Source: an uncultured Candidatus Saccharibacteria bacterium (GTDB lineage Bacteria > Patescibacteriota > Andersenbacteria > UBA10190). Taken from it: 64,000 nt of DNA. Numbering within the stretch: the first letter of the stretch is position 1; each line of letters begins with the position of its first letter. Below the pieces are notes generated by a model that saw nothing but the letters and a program-made list of their open reading frames with translations, was not told where the DNA came from and ran no database searches. A program made the position numbers and the translations under genes. Below are positions 1-11,399 of the stretch, in pieces. The stretch spans positions 431,912 through 495,911 of the forward strand of contig CAZSUC010000001.1 in assembly GCA_964610055.1 (NCBI GenBank), written 5' to 3'.

Positions 1-557
1 TCTTTCTTTTTTGGGTCAATCTGCGCTTCTAATAATTTTATTCTTAACATCCAATCTCGTAATTTTGGATTCATACCTAAGCCAATAAAATCATCAAAAC
101 TCATTAATTGGACAGATATTCTTTCCCCTCCTTCTAGTTCTGGTTCCGTCACCTTTGTTGCATCTCGGCCGATAAAAGCATGTACTAAATATTCTGTTTT
201 TCCACTTGGCTGGTATGTATGCCAATGCACTACTGTTTTCGGTGCGTATCCAGTCTCTTCTAGTAACTCTCGTTGTGCTCCTCTCTCCGGATCTTCATTA
301 GGATCAACTTTTCCTCCTGCAGCCGTTAACACGCTACCTCGATCTGGTTGTTCATCTTCAACTAATAAAACTCTTTGATCCGGTAATACTCCAATCATGT
401 ACGCGTAATCCGGACGCCTAGCTCGTTCAAATACAGCGGTCGAGCCGTCATATAATTCTTGTTCCCACTGCCAAATATCAAAAATATGCCCCGTAAATAC
501 TTTCTTAGCCGTGTTTGGCATTGGTCTAGTCGCGGCTGGATTCTCAACTGTAAACAT
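1..557 (-). CDS. NUDIX hydrolase (3' end runs off the window)
   Basis: Manual translation from ATG 557: MFTVENPAATRPMP...GGKVDPNEDPERGAQRELLEETGY (Nudix box); no stop before position 1. Confidence 0.85.
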   Translation of the reverse strand, partial: MFTVENPAATRPMPNTAKKVFTGHIFDIWQWEQELYDGSTAVFERARRPDYAYMIGVLPDQRVLLVEDEQPDRGSVLTAAGGKVDPNEDPERGAQRELLEETGYAPKTVVHWHTYQPSGKTEYLVHAFIGRDATKVTEPELEGGERISVQLMSFDDFIGLGMNPKLRDWMLRIKLLEAQIDPKKK

Positions 558-604
558 GGCTCCATACTACGTTAAATTTTACTTTAACGCCAAATCAAAT
601 TATG

Positions 605-636
605 CAAAAAACCCCGCGCGTCCGCAGAGTTTTTTG
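605..636 (-). terminator. Intrinsic terminator-like hairpin, possibly bidirectional
   Basis: caaaaaaccccgcg...cgcagagttttttg, imperfect stem with A/T tracts, downstream of the 674..1291 gene. Confidence 0.55.
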
Positions 637-673
637 TTCCCCCAGTTAATGTAGCTACTTTGGGTGAAATGCC

Positions 674-1291
674 CTAGGTTAGGGCCGGTGTGTATTGGGT
701 TAAGTTCTGCAACTGAGTTCCGTTCAATTGTCCAGCTGCTGCCACGGCTTCTTGTATCAAATCGTACGATACTGATACTTGTTCACCGATGGCCAGACCT
801 TGAGTTCCAATCTGGTTCTGAATGTAATCTTCAATATATATGCGATGTTCATTTGTTACTTCGTAACCAGTTTGGTTTTCGCTTAGCCAGCGAGTGGCCG
901 CTCGCCTTGCTAAATGCGTAATTCCGTCACCTGCTTGCGCCACTTCCACAAAAGATGCTTCAGTTCGAGAAACTTCCGGTAATTGCGTGGCTGATTCAGA
1001 TAACTGCTCTTGGGTAACAACTTCTAAATCCGGTTTTGTATCGACAGCGCCATCACCATTAATTCCCGCGTTATTCTCTGCTAATTTGTCGACATCTTGC
1101 CCGTCTTCAACTTGAGCAATTTCCGGAGCAGCGTTACCTAAGCCTTCGTCTGGGATTTCTTGTTTATCTCCAGAAAAAGCATACACCGCGGCGACTACAA
1201 TCAAAACAATAATCAAAGCCGACACAGTTCGTGGAGATTCCTTAATCTTATCTAACCAACTTTTTGACTCCACTTCATAGTCCTCTGCCAT
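674..1291 (-). CDS. Membrane-anchored hypothetical protein
   Basis: ORF track; N-terminal TM helix and acidic linker; start moved to ATG 1291 because SD AAAGGAGGTGA lies at 1310-1300. Confidence 0.8.
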   Translation of the reverse strand: MAEDYEVESKSWLDKIKESPRTVSALIIVLIVVAAVYAFSGDKQEIPDEGLGNAAPEIAQVEDGQDVDKLAENNAGINGDGAVDTKPDLEVVTQEQLSESATQLPEVSRTEASFVEVAQAGDGITHLARRAATRWLSENQTGYEVTNEHRIYIEDYIQNQIGTQGLAIGEQVSVSYDLIQEAVAAAGQLNGTQLQNLTQYTPALT

Positions 1292-1380
1292 GCTATGCTT
1301 CACCTCCTTTGAAGGATGTTGAATTAGGAAGAAAATCGACCATCATTTCAGCCTAAGAAGCAAATGCTTTCGCGTCAAAC

Positions 1381-2196
1381 TTATATGTATGTGGAAAACT
1401 CCTTTTGTCGCTCAATTAATAACGGAAATTCTATAGTTGCCTGCCATATACGCCTATATCGTGCTGGATCAAGCCATAGGCGCCACAACCATTCTGCGTT
1501 AATTTTACGCATCCAATAAGGAGCGCGTGGTTTTTCTTCGCTTAAAATCGCAAATGCTCCTCCAACCCCAATCGCTATCCGTACGCTCGGCAAGTCTGAT
1601 CGATGTCGTTCAATCCAAATAGTTTGTTTTGGTGATCCATATGCAACTAATAAAACAGTTGGTCGAGCTTTGTTAATCTCATCTAAAATACGTTGTGGCC
1701 CTTTTTCGTCATAAACATGGCCTGAACTAAAAGATACGTGCAAACCAGGAAAACGTTGTCGTAACCATCTCGCTGTTTTTTGGGCCTGGATTTCTGTTCC
1801 TCCTAATAAGTACATTGATTCTTTTTGTGCTTCGCATAATTGTGCTAAATGCATCACCGAATCAACTCCGGTAATTCTTTCCACCTGCACAAATGGGAAA
1901 GCTAATAAACTAGGCCATAACGACCAAAAATTCGAGCGTAAAAACCAACGCGCCCATACTAATCCAGCTCCATCCGGCACGCGAATATCCGCTCCTTGAA
2001 CCGCCTCTGTAAATTCTGGAAATTTTTCCGCTTGCATTACCATTTCCGGATTTAAGGTCACAATATGTCGCAATTGATTTTCTTTTAACCAGGCGCGGCA
2101 CAAATGTATATAGTCTTCTGGAAGAATATAGTCACATTTAACCTTACCTAGAGTTAATTGTTCTATTTGATTAATTATCGAAATGGAATCTCGCAT
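1381..2196 (-). CDS. WecB/TagA/CpsF family glycosyltransferase
   Basis: VTLNPE, PDGAGLVW, RITGVD, VAYGSPKQ, GVGGAF, RAP..EWLWRL motifs. Confidence 0.9.
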   Translation of the reverse strand: MRDSISIINQIEQLTLGKVKCDYILPEDYIHLCRAWLKENQLRHIVTLNPEMVMQAEKFPEFTEAVQGADIRVPDGAGLVWARWFLRSNFWSLWPSLLAFPFVQVERITGVDSVMHLAQLCEAQKESMYLLGGTEIQAQKTARWLRQRFPGLHVSFSSGHVYDEKGPQRILDEINKARPTVLLVAYGSPKQTIWIERHRSDLPSVRIAIGVGGAFAILSEEKPRAPYWMRKINAEWLWRLWLDPARYRRIWQATIEFPLLIERQKEFSTYI

Positions 2197-2726
2197 AAAG
2201 GCTTGTATTGCACCCCCTGAGGAGTTAATAAACTGCTATATAATATTACCGCTGGCACGCTAAAATTAACTGTTAAAGGAACATCGGCTAATCCTACTCC
2301 ACCTGCTGCCGGGTAAAAATCTCCTACATGAATATGAGGCACAAAATCTTGTTTTATCGTTTCCGCCGGAATTGGGAAACGCATTTTTTTAAGTCTTTGC
2401 AATAATTCCTCGCGAATATTAAGCAAAACTTGATTCTTTTCAACATACGCCCACAACTGATCTCTCTTTCGTCCCCGGCCCAAATACATTAATCTAAAAC
2501 CTGGCGTAAATGATTGTCGCAGTGGCTTGCTTAAACGTGCCACGTATTGCTGTGGATTCATGACTTCTCCCAGCCATGCCAATGTTATATGCCAATTACT
2601 TCCTGGTACCATCTTATCAGTTACATGAGCAAAATTAGGTATCACGCCTTGAACGCTCTCCTGAACGTGTTGGGGCGCGGGAACAGCTAAAAAGACCCTA
2701 ATTGGTTGTTCGGTATCACTATACAT
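2175..2726 (-). CDS. thpR: RNA 2',3'-cyclic phosphodiesterase (2H family)
   Basis: RVFLAV, WHITLAWLGE, PHIHV, LYSSLLTPQGVQY; start taken at ATG 2726. Confidence 0.8.
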   Translation of the reverse strand: MYSDTEQPIRVFLAVPAPQHVQESVQGVIPNFAHVTDKMVPGSNWHITLAWLGEVMNPQQYVARLSKPLRQSFTPGFRLMYLGRGRKRDQLWAYVEKNQVLLNIREELLQRLKKMRFPIPAETIKQDFVPHIHVGDFYPAAGGVGLADVPLTVNFSVPAVILYSSLLTPQGVQYKPLCEIPFR

Positions 2727-2822
2727 ATCTTTTAGACTATATGGCTGATCTTGGTCGCTATCAAGCAGCTTCAAAATTTTATTTATGCTAAGATTGCCTT
2801 AACTTAGGGGGATATAACATTC

Positions 2823-3341
2823 ATGTATAACAAACTTGCCCGTTCCGCAGTTGAATATCTGGTAAAATACGACCAATATTTACCAATTCCCGGTTCATTA
2901 GCGCCTGATTTATCTCGTCAGCGCGCTTGTTTTGTCACAATTACTGAGCGCCCTGGCAACAAGCTCATTGCTCAGTACGGGTCATTATTACCTAAATATT
3001 CAAACCTAGCCGAAGAAATATTTGCTAACGCCGCTCAAGCTGTCTTGTCTCATTCTGCTAAACGCTTGCGTCGCCCTGATCTCCCGCACTTGTCTTATTC
3101 AGTTGCTATTATTAGCCCACTTCAGCGTGTCGGAGATATTACTCATCTCAATCCAGCTGTTTTTGGTCTTTATCTAACCACTGATCGCGGTAAGAGCGTC
3201 ACTATTATGCCTGGTCGAGCCGGTATCGAAACCGCTGACGATCAATTTGCTACCGCTTTGCGTGAAGGCGATATTCTGCCGCGCGAAGAAGCTTTAACTA
3301 TGTATCGTTTTGCTGTGGAGTATGAAAAATCAACGACCTAA
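2823..3341 (+). CDS. AMMECR1-domain protein
   Basis: LARSAVE, RACFVTI, NLAEEIFANA, LNPAVFGL..MPGRAGIET pattern. Confidence 0.75.
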   Translation: MYNKLARSAVEYLVKYDQYLPIPGSLAPDLSRQRACFVTITERPGNKLIAQYGSLLPKYSNLAEEIFANAAQAVLSHSAKRLRRPDLPHLSYSVAIISPLQRVGDITHLNPAVFGLYLTTDRGKSVTIMPGRAGIETADDQFATALREGDILPREEALTMYRFAVEYEKSTT

Positions 3342-5214
3342 GTACGCAGAAGTCGCTCCGATTGTTCCTCTGCCCGCTCATAGCCGCCAAGCTTATACTT
3401 ACGCTTATCCTGCGCACGAACCCATCTCTCCTCTTTATTCCCGTGTTACCATTTCTCTTGGACCTAAGCATTTAACCGGAGTCATTGTTTCGCAGCACAG
3501 TCATCGTTTAAGTTATCCGACCAAATCATTAGCTCCCCTATCTTCGGTTACCTTAACCGAAAAACAAATTCAATTCGCTAATTGGATTAGTCACACAATG
3601 TTAGGCGGTTTAGGATACACTTTGCGTCTTTTCTTTCCCCCAGCCCTAAAAAAACAATTACCACTACCTCCAGCTAAACATCATAAACCAGTCACCTTAC
3701 CTCGATCCGGAAGAATTGCTAATTGGCCGCCCCAATCGTCTCAACCGAGTTCTATGATGATTGCTGATCCGTTGCAGCGATTACGTCATTTAGCTTGGAT
3801 AGCGGCTCATATTGCCCGGGATGATCAGCAATGTCTCATTCTTTTTCCAGAGAAATGGCAATTAGATCGCGCCGCTGCTATTTTCCAGCCTCTATTTACT
3901 GACCAACTTTTAATTTGGCGAGCCAATACTTCTTCGCGCCAATCTTCTCAAGATTGGCATCGAGTTCAATCCAATGAAATTAAAATTATTCTGGGTACGC
4001 AAAAAAGTCTTTTCCTACCATTCAACCATCTCGGACTTATTATTCTAGAAGATGAGGCCAATTCAGTTCATAAACTTTGGGACGCCTACCCGCGCCTTGA
4101 TAATCGTTTAGCCGTGCTTGAATTAGCACGTATTCATCAGGCTTCTGTGCTGTACAGCGGCGCTTATCCTTCACTAAATCTGTCTTGGCAAATAACATCT
4201 AAGCTGGTGACTCCCATATTGGATCATCCACTTCAGCTCAATCCTTCAATCTACCCACTTACGTTTACTGACCGTGCTGCTAAGCGGTTATTACCGCTTG
4301 AATTCACGCATATTCTATCTGCCTGGTTACGCCAACATGAACGCATCTTTATTTTGCATAATCGCAAAGGTTCTTGGTCAACTATTATTTGTCGTCATTG
4401 TCGTTCTTCACTTAAATGCCCGGTGTGTGGAGTTGTCTTGTCTGTTCATGGTTCAAGTCGCCATTCTCGTCTTTCGTGTCACCAGTGTGGCTATGCTAAT
4501 CCCCTTCCCACAAAATGCCCTACCTGTCATCAAGGCCCCTTGCGTGTTTTTGGCGTTGCTAATGAACGCGCAGCTCAGTTTCTTCAAACTGAACTGAAAA
4601 ATACCAAGATTACTGTTTTAGATCAGACATCTTTGCGTCCCGAAAACATCAAACAATCTTTGTCTGGCTGGAAACGGCGTCATCTTTTTATTGGCACTAC
4701 TGCCGCTTTTTCGATTTTAGCAGAGTTAGGGATTGATCGCAGTGTCTTGCTTATGCCCGAACAATCATTGTTGTATCCTGATTTTCGGAGTGACGAACGT
4801 GTGCTAAGACAAATTATTCGTTTACGTGAATTCAGTCGTTCAAAAGACGTTTTAATTGTTACTCGTTTTAATCGTCTTGTTCGCGATAAACTAGACCTTC
4901 CGCTAGCACAAATTTATCAAAACATTCTGACTGAACGTCGGCGTTTACATTACCCCCCGTTTAATTCAGTTATTAAACTCACTTGGCAAGCGTCAACTCT
5001 TGCCAAAGCACAAACAAAAACAATCGCAGCGCGAGAAAAAATATCAAATTCTCCCTCGCTTATTATCCGTGGACCATTTCAATCCAGCTCTCAACGCTCG
5101 CGTAATGTGGCTGAATCCCATCTCTTATTACTCGGCCAACTTAACGAATTGGTTCAACTCTATCCCTCTCTTAAGCCTGATATAGTTGATATAAATCCAG
5201 AAAGAATTATCTAA
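3322..5214 (+). CDS. priA: Primosomal protein N' (PriA) with degenerate helicase motifs
   Basis: N-terminal AYTY 3'-DNA-binding region; GTQKSLFLPFNHLGLIILEDE; four CxxC pairs (CRHC/CPVC/CHQC/CPTC); PDFRSDER; ERRRLHYPPF. Confidence 0.85.
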   Translation: MKNQRPKYAEVAPIVPLPAHSRQAYTYAYPAHEPISPLYSRVTISLGPKHLTGVIVSQHSHRLSYPTKSLAPLSSVTLTEKQIQFANWISHTMLGGLGYTLRLFFPPALKKQLPLPPAKHHKPVTLPRSGRIANWPPQSSQPSSMMIADPLQRLRHLAWIAAHIARDDQQCLILFPEKWQLDRAAAIFQPLFTDQLLIWRANTSSRQSSQDWHRVQSNEIKIILGTQKSLFLPFNHLGLIILEDEANSVHKLWDAYPRLDNRLAVLELARIHQASVLYSGAYPSLNLSWQITSKLVTPILDHPLQLNPSIYPLTFTDRAAKRLLPLEFTHILSAWLRQHERIFILHNRKGSWSTIICRHCRSSLKCPVCGVVLSVHGSSRHSRLSCHQCGYANPLPTKCPTCHQGPLRVFGVANERAAQFLQTELKNTKITVLDQTSLRPENIKQSLSGWKRRHLFIGTTAAFSILAELGIDRSVLLMPEQSLLYPDFRSDERVLRQIIRLREFSRSKDVLIVTRFNRLVRDKLDLPLAQIYQNILTERRRLHYPPFNSVIKLTWQASTLAKAQTKTIAAREKISNSPSLIIRGPFQSSSQRSRNVAESHLLLLGQLNELVQLYPSLKPDIVDINPERII

Positions 5215-5828
5215 CCAATCGTTTCTTTAACTGTCATACTAGTAATAATCGCTGCCCTTTCTTGTTCGTCTAGCTTCATGCGAATGTAACGAATTGTGCT
5301 TTTAAGCTGCGGAATTAACACATGCTCTAAAGCATTAACGCGTCGTCGAGTTTTTTCAATTTCTTCTGCGAGTAACTGTGCTGTTTTTTCTACCGCTGCT
5401 AATTCTAAGAGTCGAGGCAATACTTTTTGCAAGGCGGCTTGTCCTGCATCTAATTCAGCTGAAGTTTCCCAAACACCATATGTTTGTTTGGTGTCTTGCA
5501 AACTAATTTCAAAATGCGGAATCTTAACTCCCATCACATTTTTTTCACTCACGCCCAAGTCTAATTTTTGAGTTTGTACATGCCGCACCACTTGAACTGC
5601 CTGTGGCTCCATGGCGGCCTCTGCCATCATAAAATGCTTTAACGCCGCAACTAATTCCAAATCAACCGCTTGGCGCAAACTGTGAGCTTGCCGCACAATT
5701 TTCATAAATTCTTGCATTAAGCCATCTCTCTTCTCTTTCAGGAGCTTATGTCCTTTTGCCGCTAAAGCCGCGCGCTTTTTTAAGCGCAGCAGCTCCATGC
5801 GGGTTGGATTTACACGTAGCTGGGACAT
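5211..5828 (-). CDS. ntpD: A/V-type ATPase subunit D
   Basis: VNPTRMEL, GHKLLKEKRD, EIEKTRRRVNALE. Confidence 0.97.
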   Translation of the reverse strand: MSQLRVNPTRMELLRLKKRAALAAKGHKLLKEKRDGLMQEFMKIVRQAHSLRQAVDLELVAALKHFMMAEAAMEPQAVQVVRHVQTQKLDLGVSEKNVMGVKIPHFEISLQDTKQTYGVWETSAELDAGQAALQKVLPRLLELAAVEKTAQLLAEEIEKTRRRVNALEHVLIPQLKSTIRYIRMKLDEQERAAIITSMTVKETIG

Positions 5829-5848
5829 ACTTGAACTTATTTAGAGAA

Positions 5849-7237
5849 TTACGCTACCGCGTACTTCTCGATGTACTCCGGCTTAATCCGTTTTAACTCT
5901 CCCTTCGGCAAACCGCTTAATAATTTCCAACCTAATTTTAGTGTGTCTTCAATACTACGGTTCTCATCGTTTGCTTGTCGGACAAATTGATTTTCAAACT
6001 CCTGCACAAACCGTAAATATTTCTTATCTGTATCGGTCAAAGCTCCTTCACCCAAGATTACGGCCAATTCTCGTACTTCTTGTCCGCGTGCGTACGAAGC
6101 AAATAACTGGTTTGCTACTCCAGAATGATCTTCTCTCGTTTTGCCTTCACCGATTCCTTTAGGCATTAACCGTGACAATGAGCCTAAGACATTTACTGGC
6201 GGATAAACACCTTTTTGATGTAAATCTTGACCCAACACGATTTGTCCTTCCGTGATATATCCTGTTAAATCTGGAATCGGATGAGTCTTATCATTTTCTG
6301 GCATCGACAAAATTGGCAGCTGTGTAATTGAACCTTCTTCGCCTTGTAAACGACCAGCTCGTTCATACAAAGTTGCTAAATCAGAGTAGAGATATCCTGG
6401 ATATCCGCGTCGTCCCGGAACTTCTTTTCGCGCTGAGCTAATCTCTCGCAACGCTTCCGCATAATTTGTCATATCGGTCATAATCACCAAAACATGCATG
6501 TGCTGCGTAAAGGCCAAGTATTCCGCGGCCGTCAGAGCCATACGTGGAGTTGCAATTCTCTCCACCGCTGGGTCATCAGCCAAATTAATAAAGAGGACTG
6601 ACCGTTCAATCGCTCCGCGATTAGTGAAGTCAGAAATAAAGAATTCCGCTTCTTCAAAGGTAATTCCCATCGCTGCAAATACAACCGCGAATTCAATTCC
6701 TTTTGCTCCTTCTTTATGAGCTGATGGCACTGTAGCCTGACGCGCGATTTGTGCCGCTAATTGCGAATGTGGCATTCCTGCTCCGGAAAAAATCGGCAAT
6801 TTCTGACCCAAAACCAACGTATTCATCCCGTCGATTGTCGAGATACCAGTCTGAATAAAATCATCCGGATATGCTCGTGCTGCTGGATTGATTGGAGAAC
6901 CATTAATATCCCGTTCTTCGTCCGGTACGATTTCTGGCTTACCATCAATTGGTTTGCCTGAACCAGAGAATGTTCTTCCCAGTAAATCCATTGATACTGG
7001 TAATTTCAAAACATCCCCCTGGAATCGAATCTTGGTTTCCGGGATATTTAATCCGCTGGTGCCTTCGAACATCTGTACGACTGCACGATCACCATTAATT
7101 TCCAAGACTTTTCCACGTCGTAAGCTACCATTAGGTAATTCCACTTCGACTAATTCGTCATATGACACCCCCTCAATCCCCTCCGCAATTAACAAGGGGC
7201 CGGTCACTTCTGCTGTTGTCTTATATTCCTTTAACAT
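5849..7237 (-). CDS. ntpB: A/V-type ATPase subunit B
   Basis: [36 protein letters not shown]; SD aaggagg. Confidence 0.98.
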   Translation of the reverse strand: MLKEYKTTAEVTGPLLIAEGIEGVSYDELVEVELPNGSLRRGKVLEINGDRAVVQMFEGTSGLNIPETKIRFQGDVLKLPVSMDLLGRTFSGSGKPIDGKPEIVPDEERDINGSPINPAARAYPDDFIQTGISTIDGMNTLVLGQKLPIFSGAGMPHSQLAAQIARQATVPSAHKEGAKGIEFAVVFAAMGITFEEAEFFISDFTNRGAIERSVLFINLADDPAVERIATPRMALTAAEYLAFTQHMHVLVIMTDMTNYAEALREISSARKEVPGRRGYPGYLYSDLATLYERAGRLQGEEGSITQLPILSMPENDKTHPIPDLTGYITEGQIVLGQDLHQKGVYPPVNVLGSLSRLMPKGIGEGKTREDHSGVANQLFASYARGQEVRELAVILGEGALTDTDKKYLRFVQEFENQFVRQANDENRSIEDTLKLGWKLLSGLPKGELKRIKPEYIEKYAVA

Positions 7238-7253
7238 ATCTTTCCTCCTTAAA

Positions 7254-9062
7254 TTAATTACTCGTAGGTGCTACCTCGGACTGGGATGCTATTTGTTCAT
7301 CCTCGGCTCGCAGTCCTTGCACCGCACTTACGATTTCTTTTTCAATTTGATCAAACTTTGTTGTTACGTCTTCTTCGCGGGTTAACTTTGCCCGAGCAAT
7401 CATTTCCCAAACCGGTAATCTCATTAAGTCAGATAAATCATAATCAGATTTCTCTAAGTGTGCTCTGGATGTGCGGTACAACAGGATGATTACTTTTAAC
7501 ATGCGGTACTGTTTGTTGATAGAAGTGTAGGTATCTACTTCATCAAATGCATTTTGTTGCAAGTAATCTTCTCGAATAGATCGAGCTATATGCATCAGAA
7601 TCTGCTCTTGCTTTGACAAAGCTTCCAAGCCAACTAAACGCACCACTTCTTCCAACGCCGCTTCTTCTTGCAAGATACCCATTGCCTCAGTTCGTAATTC
7701 TTCCCACTCCTCACTGGCTTGTTCCGTGTAATAACTGCCTAACTGATCCAAGTACAAAGAGTAGCTATTGAGCCAGTTAACCGACGGATAATGTCGACTA
7801 TAAGCTAACTTTTCATCTAATCCCCAGAAAACTTTTACTACGCGCAAAGTATTCTGTGTCACTGGTTCCGACAAATCTCCACCCGGAGGCGATACCGCAC
7901 CAATTGCAGTTAATGATCCTTCTCGCCCTTCTGAGCCTAATACTTTAGCGGCACCGGCTCTTTCGTAAAACTGGGCTGTACGTGATCCTAAGTAAGCAGG
8001 ATAACCCTCGTCACCCGGCATTTCTTCCAAGCGACCTGACATTTCTCGCAACGCTTCCGCCCAACGCGAAGTTGAATCAGCCATTAACGCCACGGCATAT
8101 CCCATGTCACGATAATATTCTGCAATCGTCATGCCGGTATAAACTGAAGCTTCTCGTGCCGCGACCGGCATATTGGATGTATTTGCAATCAAAATAGTGC
8201 GTTGCATCAAAGGTTTTCCTGTATTTGGATCCTCTAATTCAGGGAACTCTAATAACACGTCAGTCATTTCATTGCCGCGCTCACCGCATCCAATATAGAC
8301 AATTACTTGTGCGTCTGCCCATTTAGCAATTTGCTGTTGCACTACAGTTTTGCCTGATCCGAATGGACCAGGAACAGCTCCAGTTCCACCTTTGGCGATA
8401 GGGAAAAATGTATCAATTACACGTTGTCCGGTTACTAAAGGTTTACCCGGGACTAATTTCTTTTGCACGGGACGCGGTTGTCTAATTGGCCATTTTTGCG
8501 CCAATTGCAATGTATGAGTTTTTCCTTCAGCGTCAACTACTTCAGCAATTACTTCTTCTACAGTAAAACTTCCAGAAGCAATCTTTTTGATTTTACCTGC
8601 TACATATGGCGGCACCATGACTTTATGTTCAATCACGTCTGTTTCCGGTACTGTACCTAAAATATCGCCTCCGCTTACTTCGTCCCCTACTTTGGCTGTA
8701 GCGGTAAAATCCCACTTCTTTTCTAAATCTAAAGCAGGCACATTAACTCCTCGTGCAATAAACGCTCCGCTTTGGGAACGAATCACGTTTAATGGTCTTT
8801 GAATACCATCATAAATGTTATTCAACATTCCCGGCCCTAGCGTGACCGATAAAGGAGTACCCTCAGTGTGCACTTCCATTTCTGGTGCTAATCCAGACGT
8901 TTCTTCGTAAACCTGGATTGAAGCGGTATCACCTTCTAATTCAATAATTTCTCCGACCAGCTGTTGTGGCCCCACGCGCACTACATCATACATCTTGGCG
9001 CCTCGCATGTTCGTAGCCACCACCAGCGGTCCTGCAACTTTTTTAATTTTGGCGTTTGCCAT
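7254..9062 (-). CDS. ntpA: A/V-type ATPase catalytic subunit A
   Basis: P-loop [29 protein letters not shown]. Confidence 0.98.
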   Translation of the reverse strand: MANAKIKKVAGPLVVATNMRGAKMYDVVRVGPQQLVGEIIELEGDTASIQVYEETSGLAPEMEVHTEGTPLSVTLGPGMLNNIYDGIQRPLNVIRSQSGAFIARGVNVPALDLEKKWDFTATAKVGDEVSGGDILGTVPETDVIEHKVMVPPYVAGKIKKIASGSFTVEEVIAEVVDAEGKTHTLQLAQKWPIRQPRPVQKKLVPGKPLVTGQRVIDTFFPIAKGGTGAVPGPFGSGKTVVQQQIAKWADAQVIVYIGCGERGNEMTDVLLEFPELEDPNTGKPLMQRTILIANTSNMPVAAREASVYTGMTIAEYYRDMGYAVALMADSTSRWAEALREMSGRLEEMPGDEGYPAYLGSRTAQFYERAGAAKVLGSEGREGSLTAIGAVSPPGGDLSEPVTQNTLRVVKVFWGLDEKLAYSRHYPSVNWLNSYSLYLDQLGSYYTEQASEEWEELRTEAMGILQEEAALEEVVRLVGLEALSKQEQILMHIARSIREDYLQQNAFDEVDTYTSINKQYRMLKVIILLYRTSRAHLEKSDYDLSDLMRLPVWEMIARAKLTREEDVTTKFDQIEKEIVSAVQGLRAEDEQIASQSEVAPTSN

Positions 9063-9081
9063 AGCTGGTTAATTATATTAA

Positions 9082-9420
9082 TTAATTAGATCCTAAAATA
9101 TCCGAACCCACTGCTTTGATCATCAGATTTTTCATTTTCGCAGCCGCGACGTTAGCTGGTTGCAACGCGTTTGGTAATAACACAATTGCTGGCAATGTAT
9201 CTCCATTAATTTTTTCCACCTCAAGGAGAACACTTTCTGCCAACCCTTCATCAACAAAGATAATGCGAAATTGTCCTTCTTCTTTGAATTGACGCAGGGT
9301 TTTTAACAAATTCTCGCCATCCACACACGTTTCTACGTGAATTCCTGACATCGCAAAACCAAGTCCGCTACCTGGCGGAGCGATATAAGCTAAGGGTGTT
9401 GTGTTTATGTGGGCTTGCAT
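9082..9420 (-). CDS. ntpG: A/V-type ATPase subunit F
   Basis: LGFAMSGI, IIFVDE, LPAIVLLP, KAVGSDI; size and position in the operon. Confidence 0.88.
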   Translation of the reverse strand: MQAHINTTPLAYIAPPGSGLGFAMSGIHVETCVDGENLLKTLRQFKEEGQFRIIFVDEGLAESVLLEVEKINGDTLPAIVLLPNALQPANVAAAKMKNLMIKAVGSDILGSN

Positions 9421-9422
9421 AT

Positions 9423-10346
9423 TTAAGCTGTTTGCAAGTATAAAGGTCGACGCAAATTTGTTATTGCTTCTGATTCCAAGCCCTGTGCGCGCGCAGTGAC
9501 TAATAAGCGCACAGACTTTGCTTCCATCTCAACCGCGTACCAAAAAGCCATAATCGAGTCATATCCTACTGGTTCATATTGATACGGGCGTACCAAGCGC
9601 ATGAGTTCTATATCCCAAGCGCGTTCGTAATCAGCGCTGCTTTGCTGCATTTGAACTTGTTCAATTGCTTCACGGGTCAAGGCCGGATAACGTTCCTGCC
9701 AAGCCACAAGCGTTTGTGACATACCTATTTTATCCGACGATTGACGTATTTCGCGATCACACTCTAAGCGATCCTGATACCATCGCAAGACTGTGTGACT
9801 TAATGGAGTTTTAGCATTGGCTTTCATAGTCTTTAAAACCACTGCCTCTGCTTCGTCCATTACTGTTTTCGTCGATTCTGGCGCATCGGGATCAAGCGTT
9901 AACATCTGGTGAACATAATCTTGCCAATTTTTTGGCAATGCCTCCCATCCTACTTCATCCCAAATTACGCTTTGCCATGTTTCAGGCAAAACACTGCCCA
10001 AACGTGATAAGGTTTGAGGCGCTGTTTGTCCGCTCATTTTATCTAAGATCGCTGCTGCCGCATTCAGTCCGTCATAGCGAGCTTGATAAAACTGCAGCAC
10101 CCTCTCATCCGTAATCATTTCATCTAGCCAGGTTTTTAGACGAACAAGACGCTCTTCAATTGCGCGTTCCGCCACGTCTGCTTCTGCCGTAGGATTCATC
10201 CATTTTCCGTAAGAAGTATCTACTAGCACATGAACCGCTTCCTGCAAAGTCGGCGCTTCTATGATGCGAGTATATTCATCCTCTTGCAGTAGTTTCATTT
10301 CTTCTGCGCGGATGATCCCAATTATATATGGCGTGTCAAAACCCAT
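9423..10346 (-). CDS. ntpC: A/V-type ATPase subunit C (d)
   Basis: IRAEEMKLL N-terminus, EMEAKSVRLL C-terminus; position in the operon. Confidence 0.85.
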   Translation of the reverse strand: MGFDTPYIIGIIRAEEMKLLQEDEYTRIIEAPTLQEAVHVLVDTSYGKWMNPTAEADVAERAIEERLVRLKTWLDEMITDERVLQFYQARYDGLNAAAAILDKMSGQTAPQTLSRLGSVLPETWQSVIWDEVGWEALPKNWQDYVHQMLTLDPDAPESTKTVMDEAEAVVLKTMKANAKTPLSHTVLRWYQDRLECDREIRQSSDKIGMSQTLVAWQERYPALTREAIEQVQMQQSSADYERAWDIELMRLVRPYQYEPVGYDSIMAFWYAVEMEAKSVRLLVTARAQGLESEAITNLRRPLYLQTA

Positions 10347-10357
10347 GATAATTTGTG

Positions 10358-10918
10358 TTAATTGAAGAGATGTTTAGCGATTTCAGTTCGATGCCGCGTA
10401 AACAATTGTCTAACCAAGTGTCGCACTCCTAAATTAATCTCGGTCTTTTCGTCTCGAAAAACTAAACCACCATCTTGAGGTATTGTGTCTGGACTTACTT
10501 GCCAATTATCTTGTTTACTGACAAGGTCTCGAACGATATTTGCGTGTTTTTCTCCTGGAATAATCTCTCCTGGCTGCTTAGGTAATTTATCAAGTAATGC
10601 CTTGATTAAACCTTTGGCCTGTTTATCATCCCATGCGAGAATTGCATTTACAGTATCTTGTTCAGTTTGCTCTAATTCAGATTGTTTGCTTGCCAAAACA
10701 TCAGCCTTGGCTTGCAGTTGTCGTTCCTGGTGCAATTTACTCCCAGCTTGTACTGCCTGTGCATCAGCTTGGTCTAAGATTTTTTCTTCTATTGCCTGGG
10801 CTAACTTTGTAATCCGTTTTTCTTCATGGCGCAATTGTTTTTCCGTTTGCACTTTAATCTCACGGATTTTATTTGCCGCTTCTTTTAAGATATTCCGTTT
10901 TAACGAATCAAACGACAT
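10358..10918 (-). CDS. ntpE: A/V-type ATPase subunit E
   Basis: N-terminal coiled coil, GGLVF..EIN, EIAKHLF; position in the operon. Confidence 0.85.
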   Translation of the reverse strand: MSFDSLKRNILKEAANKIREIKVQTEKQLRHEEKRITKLAQAIEEKILDQADAQAVQAGSKLHQERQLQAKADVLASKQSELEQTEQDTVNAILAWDDKQAKGLIKALLDKLPKQPGEIIPGEKHANIVRDLVSKQDNWQVSPDTIPQDGGLVFRDEKTEINLGVRHLVRQLFTRHRTEIAKHLFN

Positions 10919-10922
10919 TTAT

Positions 10923-11399
10923 TTACTTTAAGCCTAACCCGTTAACTAAGAGGATCGTTACTAACAATCCTAAAACGGCATATGTCTCTACAATCGCCGC
11001 CAAGATAACAGCTTTACCGGAAGCATCTGGCTGCTTCGCTGTTACATTTACACCGGCTGCCGCTAAACGTCCCTGAAACATGGCTGATAACAAACATGTG
11101 ACTGCAACCGGAACTGACGCTGCAAGTACCATCCAGCCTTGTCCAATTGTCATATCAACTGCGTTGCCTGATAAGATACCAGTCGCATTCGCAATGATAA
11201 TCGCGGCCAAGAAACCATAAATACCCTGGGATCCTGGCAAGGCAGTTAAGAGTAAAACTTTACCGAATTTATCCGGGTCTTCTGAAACCAGTCCCGCGCT
11301 GGCTTGTCCGGCTGTCCGTACTCCTAAAATCGAGCCGACGCCTGCCATCACTGTGGCTAACGCTGCACCCGAGAGAGCAAGTACTAATCCGTATTCCAT
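10923..11399 (-). CDS. ntpK: A/V-type ATPase subunit K (four-TM c subunit, Na+-type)
   Basis: LPGSQGIYG, FQGRLAAAG, IVETYAVLG; start ATG 11399 (MEYGLV). Confidence 0.95.
   Translation of the reverse strand: MEYGLVLALSGAALATVMAGVGSILGVRTAGQASAGLVSEDPDKFGKVLLLTALPGSQGIYGFLAAIIIANATGILSGNAVDMTIGQGWMVLAASVPVAVTCLLSAMFQGRLAAAGVNVTAKQPDASGKAVILAAIVETYAVLGLLVTILLVNGLGLK

Noticed and set aside
7254-9062. Intein in ATPase subunit A
   Set aside because: Normal length (602 aa) with contiguous motifs.
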